64,000 bases of DNA from an uncultured Candidatus Saccharibacteria bacterium (GTDB lineage: Bacteria > Patescibacteriota > Doudnabacteria > UBA920). Location: contig CAZBAS010000006.1 in assembly GCA_964490395.1 (NCBI GenBank), positions 8,081 through 72,080 of the forward strand, read 5' to 3'. Positions 25,881 through 35,184 of this stretch are shown here, piece after piece (the first letter of the stretch is position 1; every line of letters begins with the position of its first letter). A model generated the notes under the pieces. The model did not search any database. It was not told the DNA's origin and saw only the letters and a list, made by a program, of their open reading frames with translations. Position numbers and translations under genes: made by a program.

Positions 25881-26633
25881 ATGCAAGGCTGCTATACTAC
25901 ATATATGACGCACTCAGTGACTATAGTTATTCCAACTTTGAACGAAGTCCATACTGTCCCGTCTTTGCTCGCAGACTTACGTGAGCAGACGCAACTGCCT
26001 GAGGAAATAATTCTCATAGACAGCGGGTCAAAAGATGGCACCGCAGAAATGGTAAAGAAGCAGTTTCCAGAAGTGCGCGTATTCCTGCACGACAAAGAGC
26101 CAGCATACAAGCGCAACATGGGCGGCTACTTGGCAAAAAGTGAAATCACCATTTTTTTAGACGCAGATACTAGACTAAAGCCAAAGTTCATAGAAAAAGT
26201 TGTCCGTGAGATGAGCCGCCGCAAGCTTGATATTGCATGCCCGTGGTATGTTCCGCACAAATCTACCGTGGTAATTCATGGTATTTACGGTCTCTTTAAT
26301 AGTATGTTTTACCTACTGCAAAAAATTCTGGCGAGCGGTGCGGGGAGTTGTGTTGTGGTACGGAGTTCGGTATTCCAAAAGAGTCGTGGTTACGACACAT
26401 CACTTAAATTTGATGATATAGAATTTATTCGCCGCATGTCATGGCGGCATTCATTTGGCATACTCCATACCACGGTGGGGGTGTCGGACCGCCGATTTAA
26501 AAAGCACGGCGCGCTACGGATGGGCCTTATGTATATGGTGCTCAGTGTGTTTTTTACCCTTGGTGCATTTCGGGCGGCAAATGTCATTAGTTACGAATTT
26601 GGTAGGTATGGCCACAACAGAAGAACAACTTAA
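25881..26633 (+). CDS. GT2-family glycosyltransferase (possibly a carotenoid glycosyltransferase, judged from its context)
   Basis: Has VIPTLNE...IILIDSGSKDGT...FLDADT, the GT-A fold with the DxD motif. Confidence 0.7.
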   Translation: MQGCYTTYMTHSVTIVIPTLNEVHTVPSLLADLREQTQLPEEIILIDSGSKDGTAEMVKKQFPEVRVFLHDKEPAYKRNMGGYLAKSEITIFLDADTRLKPKFIEKVVREMSRRKLDIACPWYVPHKSTVVIHGIYGLFNSMFYLLQKILASGAGSCVVVRSSVFQKSRGYDTSLKFDDIEFIRRMSWRHSFGILHTTVGVSDRRFKKHGALRMGLMYMVLSVFFTLGAFRAANVISYEFGRYGHNRRTT

Positions 26634-27210
26634 ACAAATACGTGACGAGGTCTGGGATTTGAAACAGTCTCCACTCTATACCTACCGCACAGAGAACAAA
26701 TATTACCCTGTGCTCGGAGAGGGTGGCCATACTGCGCGCGTAGTGTTTGTGGGCGAGGCTCCTGGAGAAAATGAAGCAAAAACCGGAAGACCATTTGCGG
26801 GCGCTGCGGGGAAAGTGTTGGATCAGCTACTGGCATCCATTAACTTAAAACGAGAAGATGTATACATTGCCAACTTGGTTAAGGATAGGCCTCCGGGGAA
26901 TCGAGACCCACAGCCTGAAGAGATAGAGCTGTATGGTCCGTTTCTTATAAGGCAACTTGAAGCAATACAACCAAAGGTAGTTGCTACGCTTGGACGGCAT
27001 TCGCTCCAGTATTTGTTGCAGTACTTTGGCGCACCCGAGTTTGGGCAAACCATAACAAAGCTTCATGGTAGGGTAATACCGGTAAAAGCATCCTACGGGC
27101 CTCTGACTCTTGTCCCGCTGTATCACCCTGCGGCTGCGCTTTACAACCCCAACCTTCGCGCAGTACAACTCGAAGATATAAAAGTTTTGTCTGGTATACT
27201 AAAGGGGTAA
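26608..27210 (+). CDS. uracil-DNA glycosylase, family 4
   Basis: Has the GEAPGENE motif, GRPFAGAAGKVL, and the HPAA(A)LYNP C-terminal motif typical of family 4 UDG. The start is set at MATTEEQ. Confidence 0.75.
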   Translation: MATTEEQLKQIRDEVWDLKQSPLYTYRTENKYYPVLGEGGHTARVVFVGEAPGENEAKTGRPFAGAAGKVLDQLLASINLKREDVYIANLVKDRPPGNRDPQPEEIELYGPFLIRQLEAIQPKVVATLGRHSLQYLLQYFGAPEFGQTITKLHGRVIPVKASYGPLTLVPLYHPAAALYNPNLRAVQLEDIKVLSGILKG

Positions 27211-27312
27211 TGACAAAAATGAACAAAAGTAAATAAAAATGACAGAAATATAAAACACAACTCTGAACAATTTTTGTCACTTTTGTCATTTTTTTAAATT
27301 TTGTCACTAAAC
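27211..27312. repeat. about 100 bp intergenic repeat element, copy 1 (termini AATGACAAAAATGA ... TCATTTTTGTCA; three TTTTGTCA direct repeats)
   Basis: The 5' end (22 nt) and the 3' end (37 nt, tttttgtcacttttgtcatttttttaaattttgtca) are near-identical to the copy at 59122..59228. It lies between UDG and dedA. Confidence 0.6.
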
Positions 27313-27314
27313 TT

Positions 27315-27938
27315 ATGCTTATAGACGTTCCACACTTAGTTAAGACTGCTGGGTACATTGGAGTTTTTGCTATTATTTTTGCTGAGACCGGCTTGTTTAT
27401 TGGTTTCTTCCTACCAGGAGACAGTCTTTTATTTACTGCCGGTATTTTAGCCTCTCAAGGGTATCTGAATGTAACCTGGCTCTGCATTGGATTGTTTATT
27501 GCAGTGTTCTGTGGCGACAATGTTGGTTACCTTATTGGCAAACATGCTGGCCCAAAGTTTTTCACAAGGCCAAAGTCTTTACTGTTTAATCCTGAACACT
27601 TAAAACGCAGTCATGATTTTTTTGAAAAGCACGGCGGCAAAGCAGTTATTATTGCTCGGTTCGTGCCAGTTGTGCGCACATTTAGTCCAGTAGTATCGGG
27701 TCTCGCTCGCATGCGATACGTAAAGTTTATGGTGTACAGCACCATAGGATCGCTCCTTTGGGCAGTGGGATTGACGCTTCTTGGCTACTGGCTGGGTCAA
27801 ACCGTGCCCAACGTAGAAAAATATATTATTCCTGGTGTTGTTATAATTATTTTGCTATCTATAAGTCCTGGTATATATCATGTACTTAAGACCAAAGAAA
27901 GCAGGGCGTCTTTCTTTTCTATATTCAAAAAAAAGTAA
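27315..27938 (+). CDS. DedA-family (SNARE-associated/TVP38) membrane protein
   Basis: Has GYIGVFAIIFAETGLFIGFFLPGDSLLFTAG, the DedA signature. Confidence 0.8.
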   Translation: MLIDVPHLVKTAGYIGVFAIIFAETGLFIGFFLPGDSLLFTAGILASQGYLNVTWLCIGLFIAVFCGDNVGYLIGKHAGPKFFTRPKSLLFNPEHLKRSHDFFEKHGGKAVIIARFVPVVRTFSPVVSGLARMRYVKFMVYSTIGSLLWAVGLTLLGYWLGQTVPNVEKYIIPGVVIIILLSISPGIYHVLKTKESRASFFSIFKKK

Positions 27939-27961
27939 CGCATTGACCAACCTTTTGTAGT

Positions 27962-29470
27962 ATGGTTCATCCTTCACGCGTAAGAAAATTGAACACAGCT
28001 GAAAGTGGTACGGAAGGTCCGGTTGTATATTGGATGAGCCGAGACCAGCGCGTGGCTCACAATGCAGCGCTGGCTTACGCAGCACAACTCGCCCGCGAAT
28101 ATAATCAGCCACTCATGGTGGTTTTTTGCCTACGCAAAAAATTTGCCCACGGAACAGAGCGCCTTATAGATTTCATGCTCACAGGCCTAGAGGAAGTGGA
28201 AGCAGACCTCGTAAAGAAAGATATCCCATTTTACTTTTTGCTCGGAAGGCCGGAAATAGAAATTCCAAAATTTATACACGAGCATAGTGTTTCTGCTTTG
28301 GTTTCAGATTTTTCTCCGCTGAAGACTAATCGTCAGTGGAAAGAGCATGTATCCGAAAGAATCAAAATTCCATTGTATGAAGTGGACGCCCACAATATAG
28401 TGCCGTGCTGGGCTGCAAGTCCTAAGCAAGAATTTGGCGCATATACCATTCGCCCAAAAATACATAGGCTCCTTTCTGAATATCTGCAAGATTTTCCAAG
28501 ATGGAATTATACCCCACCTAACCTCCCCTATATTAGGGGAGGAAAGAATGCCGATAGTGGATCCATTGATGCAGACGCCTCCTCCGGTACCCCTCCTAAG
28601 ATAGGACCCGCTACGCTGGAGCATAAGCGAGGCGAGGGAGCTAGGGGTGGTATGGATTGGAGCCACATTCGATCCCAAATAGAAGTAGATACTTCTGTGC
28701 CAAAAGTGGACTGGATTGTGCCAGGGGAAAAAGCAGCACATAAAATGGTAAAACATTTTATTGCCCATAAATTAAAAACCTATAACGAAAATAGAAACGA
28801 CCCCACTAAGGATGTTCAGTCCAATCTTTCTCCCTATCTTCATTTCGGCCACATATCGAGCGAGCAAGTAGTCTTAGAGGTTCTCAATGCCACAGGCCTC
28901 AGTCTTGCCGAAGTGCTAGAAAAACATACTGCAAGCACAGAGCCACTTAAGCTATCGGCCACATCGTTTATTGAAGAGCTTGTAGTGCGCAAAGAACTTT
29001 CCGATAATTTTTGTTTCTACAATAAATTTTACGATTCAACAAAGGGGTTTCCTGCGTGGGCGCTAAAAACTCTGAATGAACATCGCGGTGATGTGAGAGA
29101 ATACACATATACGCTCAAGCAGTTAGAAGAGGCGAGCACGCACGATGACCTATGGAATGCTGCGCAATTGGAAATGGTTAAGCGGGGTAAAATGCACGGC
29201 TACATGCGCATGTACTGGGCCAAGAAAATATTTGAATGGAGCAAAACACCAGAGAAGGCCGTAGAGCATGCTATATACTTGAACGACAAATATTTTTTGG
29301 ACGGACGTGATCCAAACGGTTATACAGGCATAGCCTGGTCCGTTGGTGGCGTGCACGACCGCGCGTGGTTTGAGCGGTCTATATTTGGTAAAATTCGCTA
29401 CATGTCTTACGGCGGCGCGAAAAGTAAATTTAAAATTGCTGAATATATACAAAAGATCAATGCACTATAG
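27962..29470 (+). CDS. phr: deoxyribodipyrimidine photolyase, class II CPD photolyase
   Basis: The N-terminus VVYWMSRDQRVAHNAAL and the C-terminus GYTGIAWSVGGVHDRAWFERSIFGKIRYMSYGG are class II photolyase signatures. It contains an in-frame insertion of GC-rich palindromic elements. Confidence 0.85.
   Translation: MVHPSRVRKLNTAESGTEGPVVYWMSRDQRVAHNAALAYAAQLAREYNQPLMVVFCLRKKFAHGTERLIDFMLTGLEEVEADLVKKDIPFYFLLGRPEIEIPKFIHEHSVSALVSDFSPLKTNRQWKEHVSERIKIPLYEVDAHNIVPCWAASPKQEFGAYTIRPKIHRLLSEYLQDFPRWNYTPPNLPYIRGGKNADSGSIDADASSGTPPKIGPATLEHKRGEGARGGMDWSHIRSQIEVDTSVPKVDWIVPGEKAAHKMVKHFIAHKLKTYNENRNDPTKDVQSNLSPYLHFGHISSEQVVLEVLNATGLSLAEVLEKHTASTEPLKLSATSFIEELVVRKELSDNFCFYNKFYDSTKGFPAWALKTLNEHRGDVREYTYTLKQLEEASTHDDLWNAAQLEMVKRGKMHGYMRMYWAKKIFEWSKTPEKAVEHAIYLNDKYFLDGRDPNGYTGIAWSVGGVHDRAWFERSIFGKIRYMSYGGAKSKFKIAEYIQKINAL
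28521..28655. repeat. GC-rich palindromic elements in-frame in the photolyase gene (CCTCCCCTA-tat-TAGGGGAGG hairpin plus the long-version element)
   Basis: acCTCCCCTAtatTAGGGGAGGaaag ... ccCCTCCtaagataGGAcccgctacgctggagcataagcgaggcgagggagctaggggtggtatg. It encodes ...SGTPPKIGPATLEHKRGEGARGGM. Confidence 0.7.
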
Positions 29471-29560
29471 GACTGGTCATTCTCTGGCAACGAAACAGAA
29501 AGACGCTTTTGCTACAACTATTGATAAGGTATACACTAAAAAAGAATTAATACATGAAGT

Positions 29561-30790
29561 ATGAAAAAGTATATAGCGTTGCTAATAACAGTGTTCAGTG
29601 TAGTTAGCGTGACGCCTTTTATAGCGATCCCGGCTCATGCTGCCCCTGGAGTGCGCGTGCCGCTCATTCGTTTATACAATGCGCGTACAAACGACCATTT
29701 GTATACAAGTAGTCGCGTTGAAGCTGTGCAGGCTGGTGCAGTCGGGTACCGCATCGAGGGCGAGATGGGTTATTTGTACGAACAAGGACAGTTTAACGGT
29801 CAGTATGAGGCAATGCTGTATCGTTTGCTCAATCCTAGAAATGGTAAGCATTTTTATACAACCAGTGGACAAGAAAACGCAGCGGCAACTGCATCCGGAT
29901 ATATTTTAGAGGGCATAGTCGGAGTACTACCAGGGTCTACAACCGAATATTCCTTAGATATATTCAGATTATATAATCGTAAACAAGACAACCATTTCTA
30001 CACCACAAATGTGTCTGAACGAGATACATTACTCAGTGCTGGGTTTATCTCCGAGGGAACGTTGGCGGGTGTATTATTTACTAGTTCAGCTGGAAGCTCT
30101 AGCAACGTCCCCATGCCCACCGTTCAAACCGATTTCATAATGACCTCATCGTCATTCGCTGTGTTTACCCCAGGTGTGTACCGGACAGTTAATTTCTCGT
30201 TTCAGTATAAAGGCCCAGATGGTGCACAGCCAGTCGCTACGTTCTCTGGTGTGCCCAGTGGCCTTGCGGGAGGTGTTGTCACACCTCGTGTTGTGAATAA
30301 CAATGACAGTTTTAGTATTTCTATTTCTGGTGCCCTAACGAGCAGCAACCCCGCAACCATACAGGTTACGCTCTATGCCGGTAATGGATACAATGAGACA
30401 TTTGGTATCGAAATAAATCCAGTTGCACAGGGTACTGTTACAACTGTTTTGTCGGCAAACGATACTAAGCGCGTTAGGGATGCAATCACAATACAAGATG
30501 CTATTAGTAGCTATTACTATAATCAACCGTATCAGGGTGGTGGCTATAACCCTTCCGTAGTGCCAGTACTACCCGCATCATTAGATGTCCTTGTGCCGTT
30601 GTATCTTTCTACCATTCCTGTCCCCCCAGCCCCAGAAGGTTCATGTACTGCTCAGCAAAATAATTACGTCTACAGGAAACTAACGTCGAATAGCTATTCC
30701 GTGTCGCTCTGTACGAGTGCTGCAGGCACGTACGATGGCGAATATATAACTGCTGGCTATCATGAGTTCGTGCTTACCATACACAATTAG
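29561..30790 (+). CDS. secreted protein with three tandem ~50 aa repeats (DUF5648-like RLYN..DHFYTT repeat)
   Basis: Has a signal peptide MKKYIALLITVFSVVSVTPFIAIPAHA. Three repeats follow the pattern LYRLxNpxxxxHxYTT...E......GY..EG. Confidence 0.55.
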   Translation: MKKYIALLITVFSVVSVTPFIAIPAHAAPGVRVPLIRLYNARTNDHLYTSSRVEAVQAGAVGYRIEGEMGYLYEQGQFNGQYEAMLYRLLNPRNGKHFYTTSGQENAAATASGYILEGIVGVLPGSTTEYSLDIFRLYNRKQDNHFYTTNVSERDTLLSAGFISEGTLAGVLFTSSAGSSSNVPMPTVQTDFIMTSSSFAVFTPGVYRTVNFSFQYKGPDGAQPVATFSGVPSGLAGGVVTPRVVNNNDSFSISISGALTSSNPATIQVTLYAGNGYNETFGIEINPVAQGTVTTVLSANDTKRVRDAITIQDAISSYYYNQPYQGGGYNPSVVPVLPASLDVLVPLYLSTIPVPPAPEGSCTAQQNNYVYRKLTSNSYSVSLCTSAAGTYDGEYITAGYHEFVLTIHN

Positions 30791-30836
30791 CTTTCAGCAA
30801 AACTCGCTCACTATAAAGACTGCGTTAAAGCAGCCT

Positions 30837-31823
30837 TTATTTTTTATCGTGGAATTTTTTGTGCACTTCACGGAGCTGCTCGTTGGTAACGTGAGTGTAT
30901 ATTTGCGTGGTGGTGATGCTCGCATGACCAAGCATAGTCTGTACACTGCGAATGTCTGCGCCGTTGCGCAGTAGATCTGTGGCGAACGAGTGCCGAAACA
31001 CGTGCGGGGTTACTTTAGTGGTGACCCCGGCAAGCATAGCGTACTTATGAACCATACGTTGTACAGACCGCGCCGAAAGGCCGGCAGCTTCGTGCTGGCT
31101 TGCAGTTTGTATTTTTCCTTGAGCATCCATTTGCGCCGTTACGCTTTGGCCAATACTGGTGTGTGCGATAAACAATGCTGGGTGGTTGTCGGTTCGTTTG
31201 TCTAGATACGCCTTCAGCGCTTTAACTGCATCGGGAGATAAAAACACCAGGCGAAGTTTGTCGCCCTTACCGCGAACGGTAAATTCACCTCGGTCCAGGT
31301 TTATCATGCGCTCGGTAAGTTGTACTAGTTCGGAAACACGAACGCCCGAAGCAAATAGGGTATGAAGAATGGCAGTGTCGCGCAGCCGAATAAGCTCGTC
31401 GCTTTCTTGCTCTACGGCTTTTAAAATTCGCGAGAGTGCATCGTCGTCTAGTGCGTGGACTTCGCGACTCGGGTTTTTAGCAAGCTCTATTTTTTCTGGA
31501 GACAGAGTGTCTATGTCGTGCTTCATTAAGTATTTTAAGAATGCCCGGAGCGCAATAACATGGTAGCTCTGTGTTATTTGTTTTAAGTGTCTACCCTTGT
31601 CATCTACAAACCGATTTAAGTATAGGCGGTATTTTCTAACCACGTCGAGAGTTATGTCGCTTGGTTTGCCAAGGCCTTCACTGCGCGCGAACCCAGCAAA
31701 ACGACCCAAGTAGTGGTCGTAGTTTTTAATAGTTTTAAGACTCTTGTTTTTTTCTATTTCGCAGTACTCCAGGAAGTCCTGGATATGGTTTTGGAGCGGG
31801 CTGCGTTTGGGTAGTTCTGACAT
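30837..31823 (-). CDS. site-specific tyrosine recombinase, XerC/XerD family
   Basis: The C-terminal catalytic region contains HVFRHSFATDLLRNGADIRSVQTMLGHASITTTQIYTHV, with the R...HxxR...Y residues. The N-terminus is a SAM-like domain. Confidence 0.85.
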   Translation of the reverse strand: MSELPKRSPLQNHIQDFLEYCEIEKNKSLKTIKNYDHYLGRFAGFARSEGLGKPSDITLDVVRKYRLYLNRFVDDKGRHLKQITQSYHVIALRAFLKYLMKHDIDTLSPEKIELAKNPSREVHALDDDALSRILKAVEQESDELIRLRDTAILHTLFASGVRVSELVQLTERMINLDRGEFTVRGKGDKLRLVFLSPDAVKALKAYLDKRTDNHPALFIAHTSIGQSVTAQMDAQGKIQTASQHEAAGLSARSVQRMVHKYAMLAGVTTKVTPHVFRHSFATDLLRNGADIRSVQTMLGHASITTTQIYTHVTNEQLREVHKKFHDKK

Positions 31824-31973
31824 ATATCTATAGTATACCGTATCTACAAATGAATTTGCTTATTTTAAAGCTTTTTTGTATAATGTAAGCACTATTATTT
31901 ACCCACGAGCACGCTTAAGCCGCGCGCTACGTGTAGACCCCGCCTTGCACCGCAGGGCAGAAAGTATAGACAT

Positions 31974-32306
31974 ATGCTTAGCAAACAAGAGAAAGACGCC
32001 CTCATAAAGAAGTTTCGTACTCACAAAGACGATACTGGTAGTCCAGAAGTGCAAATTGCTATTCTGACCAAAGAAATTGAGCAGGTAAGTGAGCACTTAA
32101 AAGTACACAAGAAAGACAATCACTCCCGCCGTGGTCTTTTGAAGATGGTAGGTAACCGCCGTCGCTTGCTCCGCTATCTTCGCCAAGAAGATGCAAAGCG
32201 TTTTGAAAAGCTAGTAGACCGCTTAAAGATTAAAGTTGCTATGACTGCTGCTCCAACAAAGCAGGTCGCAGTTAAGGCAGAACCACAAGAAGAAATAGAA
32301 GCATAG
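31974..32306 (+). CDS. rpsO: 30S ribosomal protein S15 with a C-terminal extension of about 20 aa
   Basis: Has [20 protein letters not shown], the S15 signature. A tail ([23 protein letters not shown]) is not found in the canonical 89 aa protein. Confidence 0.85.
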   Translation: MLSKQEKDALIKKFRTHKDDTGSPEVQIAILTKEIEQVSEHLKVHKKDNHSRRGLLKMVGNRRRLLRYLRQEDAKRFEKLVDRLKIKVAMTAAPTKQVAVKAEPQEEIEA

Positions 32307-32311
32307 ACTGT

Positions 32312-32695
32312 ATGCCTGAAAGCACAGATCCAAAAGTACAAGATTTTGAATCCGAATGGTTCGAGTTCGCCACAAAGGTGGTGGACCGTATTGCCAAAGA
32401 CCCGGAAATTGTTGCCATGTGGGATCTTTATAAGGCAGGGAATAAATTGAGCTTGGAACAACGCAGCCAGTTTATCGCTGTAGCGAATCGGGTAAAAATG
32501 GAAGTGATGCACGAAACCTATGGAGTAGATGCGTCTGAAAGTTTTGAAACGTTTAAAGAACGCTGGAAACATTGGTACAACCACAAAGGTGTTGTATCGA
32601 CGAGTCAAATTGGCAGAAGGCTGACCAATGAAGAACATATTGTGTACAGTAGTACGCCTGAGGCTGAAGAGTTCTTTATAAATATGGAAAAATAG
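32312..32695 (+). CDS. hypothetical protein
   Basis: 127 aa ORF between rpsO and pnp, in the same orientation. No family recognised. Confidence 0.45.
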   Translation: MPESTDPKVQDFESEWFEFATKVVDRIAKDPEIVAMWDLYKAGNKLSLEQRSQFIAVANRVKMEVMHETYGVDASESFETFKERWKHWYNHKGVVSTSQIGRRLTNEEHIVYSSTPEAEEFFINMEK

Positions 32696-32931
32696 TGCAA
32701 CCCTAATCTGCGAATGTCCACGCGAATGACAAGAATAAAAGCCCCTAAGGCGTGAGTTCAGTCATTCCGTGTGATTCGGAGGTTAGGGTTCATTCGTAAT
32801 AAGTAATTGTTTTATTCTGGTATGCAGATACCACGACAGGCTTCTGAAAGTCTTCGTACATTTGCGTATCAGGAGAAAACACATTCGCCGCTGCCACGTA
32901 AGTGACTATGGCGTGACAAGGAAAGAAAGCA

Positions 32932-35184
32932 ATGTTAGAAAAAAAAGAAATATCATGTGATGTTGGTGGTCAAGCCATAAGTTTTGAAACAGGTCGCATG
33001 GCAAGACAGGCCGATGCTGCGGTGTTGGCAAGGCAAGGCGATACTGTAGTACTCGCAACTGCAGTTATGAGTGCAAAAGCGCGCGAAGGTATGAACTACT
33101 TTCCGCTCTTAGTTGACTACGAGGAAAGACTATACGCCGCGGGTAAGATAAAAGGCAGTCGTTGGGTAAAGCGCGAGGGGCGCGCAACTGACGATGCTAT
33201 TTTGACTGGTCGCGTTATAGACCGAACCCTCAGGCCACTGTTTAAAGACGGTATGCGCAACGACGTACAAGTGGTTGTCACTGTCTTGAGCGTAGACGGG
33301 CAAAACGATCCAGACATGCTAGCGGTAACCGCTGCCAGCATGGCTCTTATGCTCAGCGGTATTCCGTTCGATGGTCCTGTTGCTGCAGTGCGCGTAGGAA
33401 AAGTAGATGGTCAGTACGTCATAAACCCAACTCATGACCAGCGCGAGAAGAGTACCATGGAGCTGGTGGTTTCTGGGACTGGCGAGTACATTATGATGAT
33501 AGAAGCTGGTGCTCAGCTGGTAACAGAAGAAGAAATAATTGGCGGTGTAGAATTCGCACAGGGCTTTTTGAAAACATTGACTCAAGTACAGCACGACTTT
33601 AAGGCTCAGGCAGGCAAGCCGCTCCGTGAAGGTATTTATATGCTCCCGAACGAGCAAGTCATGGCCAAGGTGAAAGAGCTTGCTACTCCAGAGCTTATTG
33701 AACAGGCAGTATACGTAAAAAGCAAAGATGAACGCGAAGAGCGAATAAACGCACTTATTGCTACCATGCTGGAGCAAGTGAATGCTGCTTTCCCTGAAGG
33801 CATAGAAGGTGTAAAAATTGAGAAAGAAGTTAACGACTGCATAGACAAAGTTCTAAAGAAGTACCAGCAAAAGCAAATTCTTGAACACGATCGCCGCGTT
33901 GACGGTCGCCGCCTGGACGAGACACGCGAAATTACCTGCGAAGTCGGTATACTGCCACGCACGCACGGTTCTGCTTTATTTACTCGCGGTGAAACTCAGG
34001 TGCTTTCTGTGGTAACCCTTGGTAGCAAGAGCGACGAACAAATACTCGATGGTATAGAAGACCCAGTGGATGGTACGCCAAAGCGGTACATACACCACTA
34101 TAATATGCCAGGCTATAGCGTAGGCGAGGTGTCTCCGCTTCGTGGCCCTGGTCGCCGCGAAATTGGTCATGGCGCGCTCGCTGAAAAAGCAATTGAAGCT
34201 TCTGGCGTGTTGCCAAAGCAAGAAGATTTTCCGTACACCATGCGCCTGGTAAGTGAGGCCATTGCTAGTAACGGTTCTACTTCCATGGCTTCCACCTGTG
34301 GGAGCAGTCTAGCGCTCATGGATGCTGGTGTTCCTATATCCGATGTCATTGGCGGCGTTGCTATGGGTCTCGTTATGGACGAAGCGAATCCATCACACTT
34401 TAAGGTGCTCACTGACATTGCTGGTATAGAAGACTTTAACGGTCACATGGACTTTAAAGTAACAGGGAATGAAAAGGGCGTTAGTGCCATGCAAATGGAC
34501 ATTAAAGTCAAAGGTCTTACTCCAGAAATTCTTGCTAAGGCAATTATGCAGGCAAAACCTGGCCGCATGTTCATCATCGGTAAAATGAAAGAGGCGCTTT
34601 CTGCTCCACGTGCAGAGCTTTCCAAATATGCTCCACGCATAACCAGCTTCTTTATAAAGCCAGACAAAATTCGCGAGGTTATTGGTACTGGTGGTAAGGT
34701 GATTAACGCTATTATTGCTGCGACTGGTGTAAAGATAGATATAGAAGATAGCGGACAAGTTATGGTTGTGTCCACGGATGCTGCTGCAGCAGAAAAAGCA
34801 GTGCAGTGGATTCAGAATATAGTGAAAGAAGTAGAAGTTGGCGAAGTCTACGACGGAACTGTAACTCGTATAATGGACTTCGGTGCATTTGTAGAAGTAC
34901 TGCCAGGCAAAGAAGGTCTGGTACACATTTCGCAGCTCGCAAACTACCGGGTAAACAATGTAGAAGACGTAGTCAAAGTAGGGGACAAGCTTAAAGTGCA
35001 GGTGAGCGAAATAGACGATCAAGGCCGCACGAACTTGACCCACAAGCCATTTGCTCCAGCGCCAACCCCAGAACAACTTGCTGCAGGCGCTAGTGGTGGT
35101 GATCGTGGCCCACGCCCTTCTGGCCCACGCCGTCTGTTTAATGGCGGTGGCCGCGGCGGTGATAGATCGCACGGACACAGGTAA
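32932..35184 (+). CDS. pnp: polynucleotide phosphorylase
   Basis: Has two RNase PH domains plus KH and S1 domains. The C-terminus is an extra Gly/Arg-rich tail. Confidence 0.9.
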   Translation: MLEKKEISCDVGGQAISFETGRMARQADAAVLARQGDTVVLATAVMSAKAREGMNYFPLLVDYEERLYAAGKIKGSRWVKREGRATDDAILTGRVIDRTLRPLFKDGMRNDVQVVVTVLSVDGQNDPDMLAVTAASMALMLSGIPFDGPVAAVRVGKVDGQYVINPTHDQREKSTMELVVSGTGEYIMMIEAGAQLVTEEEIIGGVEFAQGFLKTLTQVQHDFKAQAGKPLREGIYMLPNEQVMAKVKELATPELIEQAVYVKSKDEREERINALIATMLEQVNAAFPEGIEGVKIEKEVNDCIDKVLKKYQQKQILEHDRRVDGRRLDETREITCEVGILPRTHGSALFTRGETQVLSVVTLGSKSDEQILDGIEDPVDGTPKRYIHHYNMPGYSVGEVSPLRGPGRREIGHGALAEKAIEASGVLPKQEDFPYTMRLVSEAIASNGSTSMASTCGSSLALMDAGVPISDVIGGVAMGLVMDEANPSHFKVLTDIAGIEDFNGHMDFKVTGNEKGVSAMQMDIKVKGLTPEILAKAIMQAKPGRMFIIGKMKEALSAPRAELSKYAPRITSFFIKPDKIREVIGTGGKVINAIIAATGVKIDIEDSGQVMVVSTDAAAAEKAVQWIQNIVKEVEVGEVYDGTVTRIMDFGAFVEVLPGKEGLVHISQLANYRVNNVEDVVKVGDKLKVQVSEIDDQGRTNLTHKPFAPAPTPEQLAAGASGGDRGPRPSGPRRLFNGGGRGGDRSHGHR

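Noticed and set aside
28521-28655. In-frame insertions in the photolyase, TatD, QueA and CrtI genes considered as inteins
   Set aside because: The inserts are only 12-50 residues long and lack intein splicing blocks or a homing endonuclease domain. The DNA palindromes fully explain them, and identical DNA occurs in non-coding spacers.
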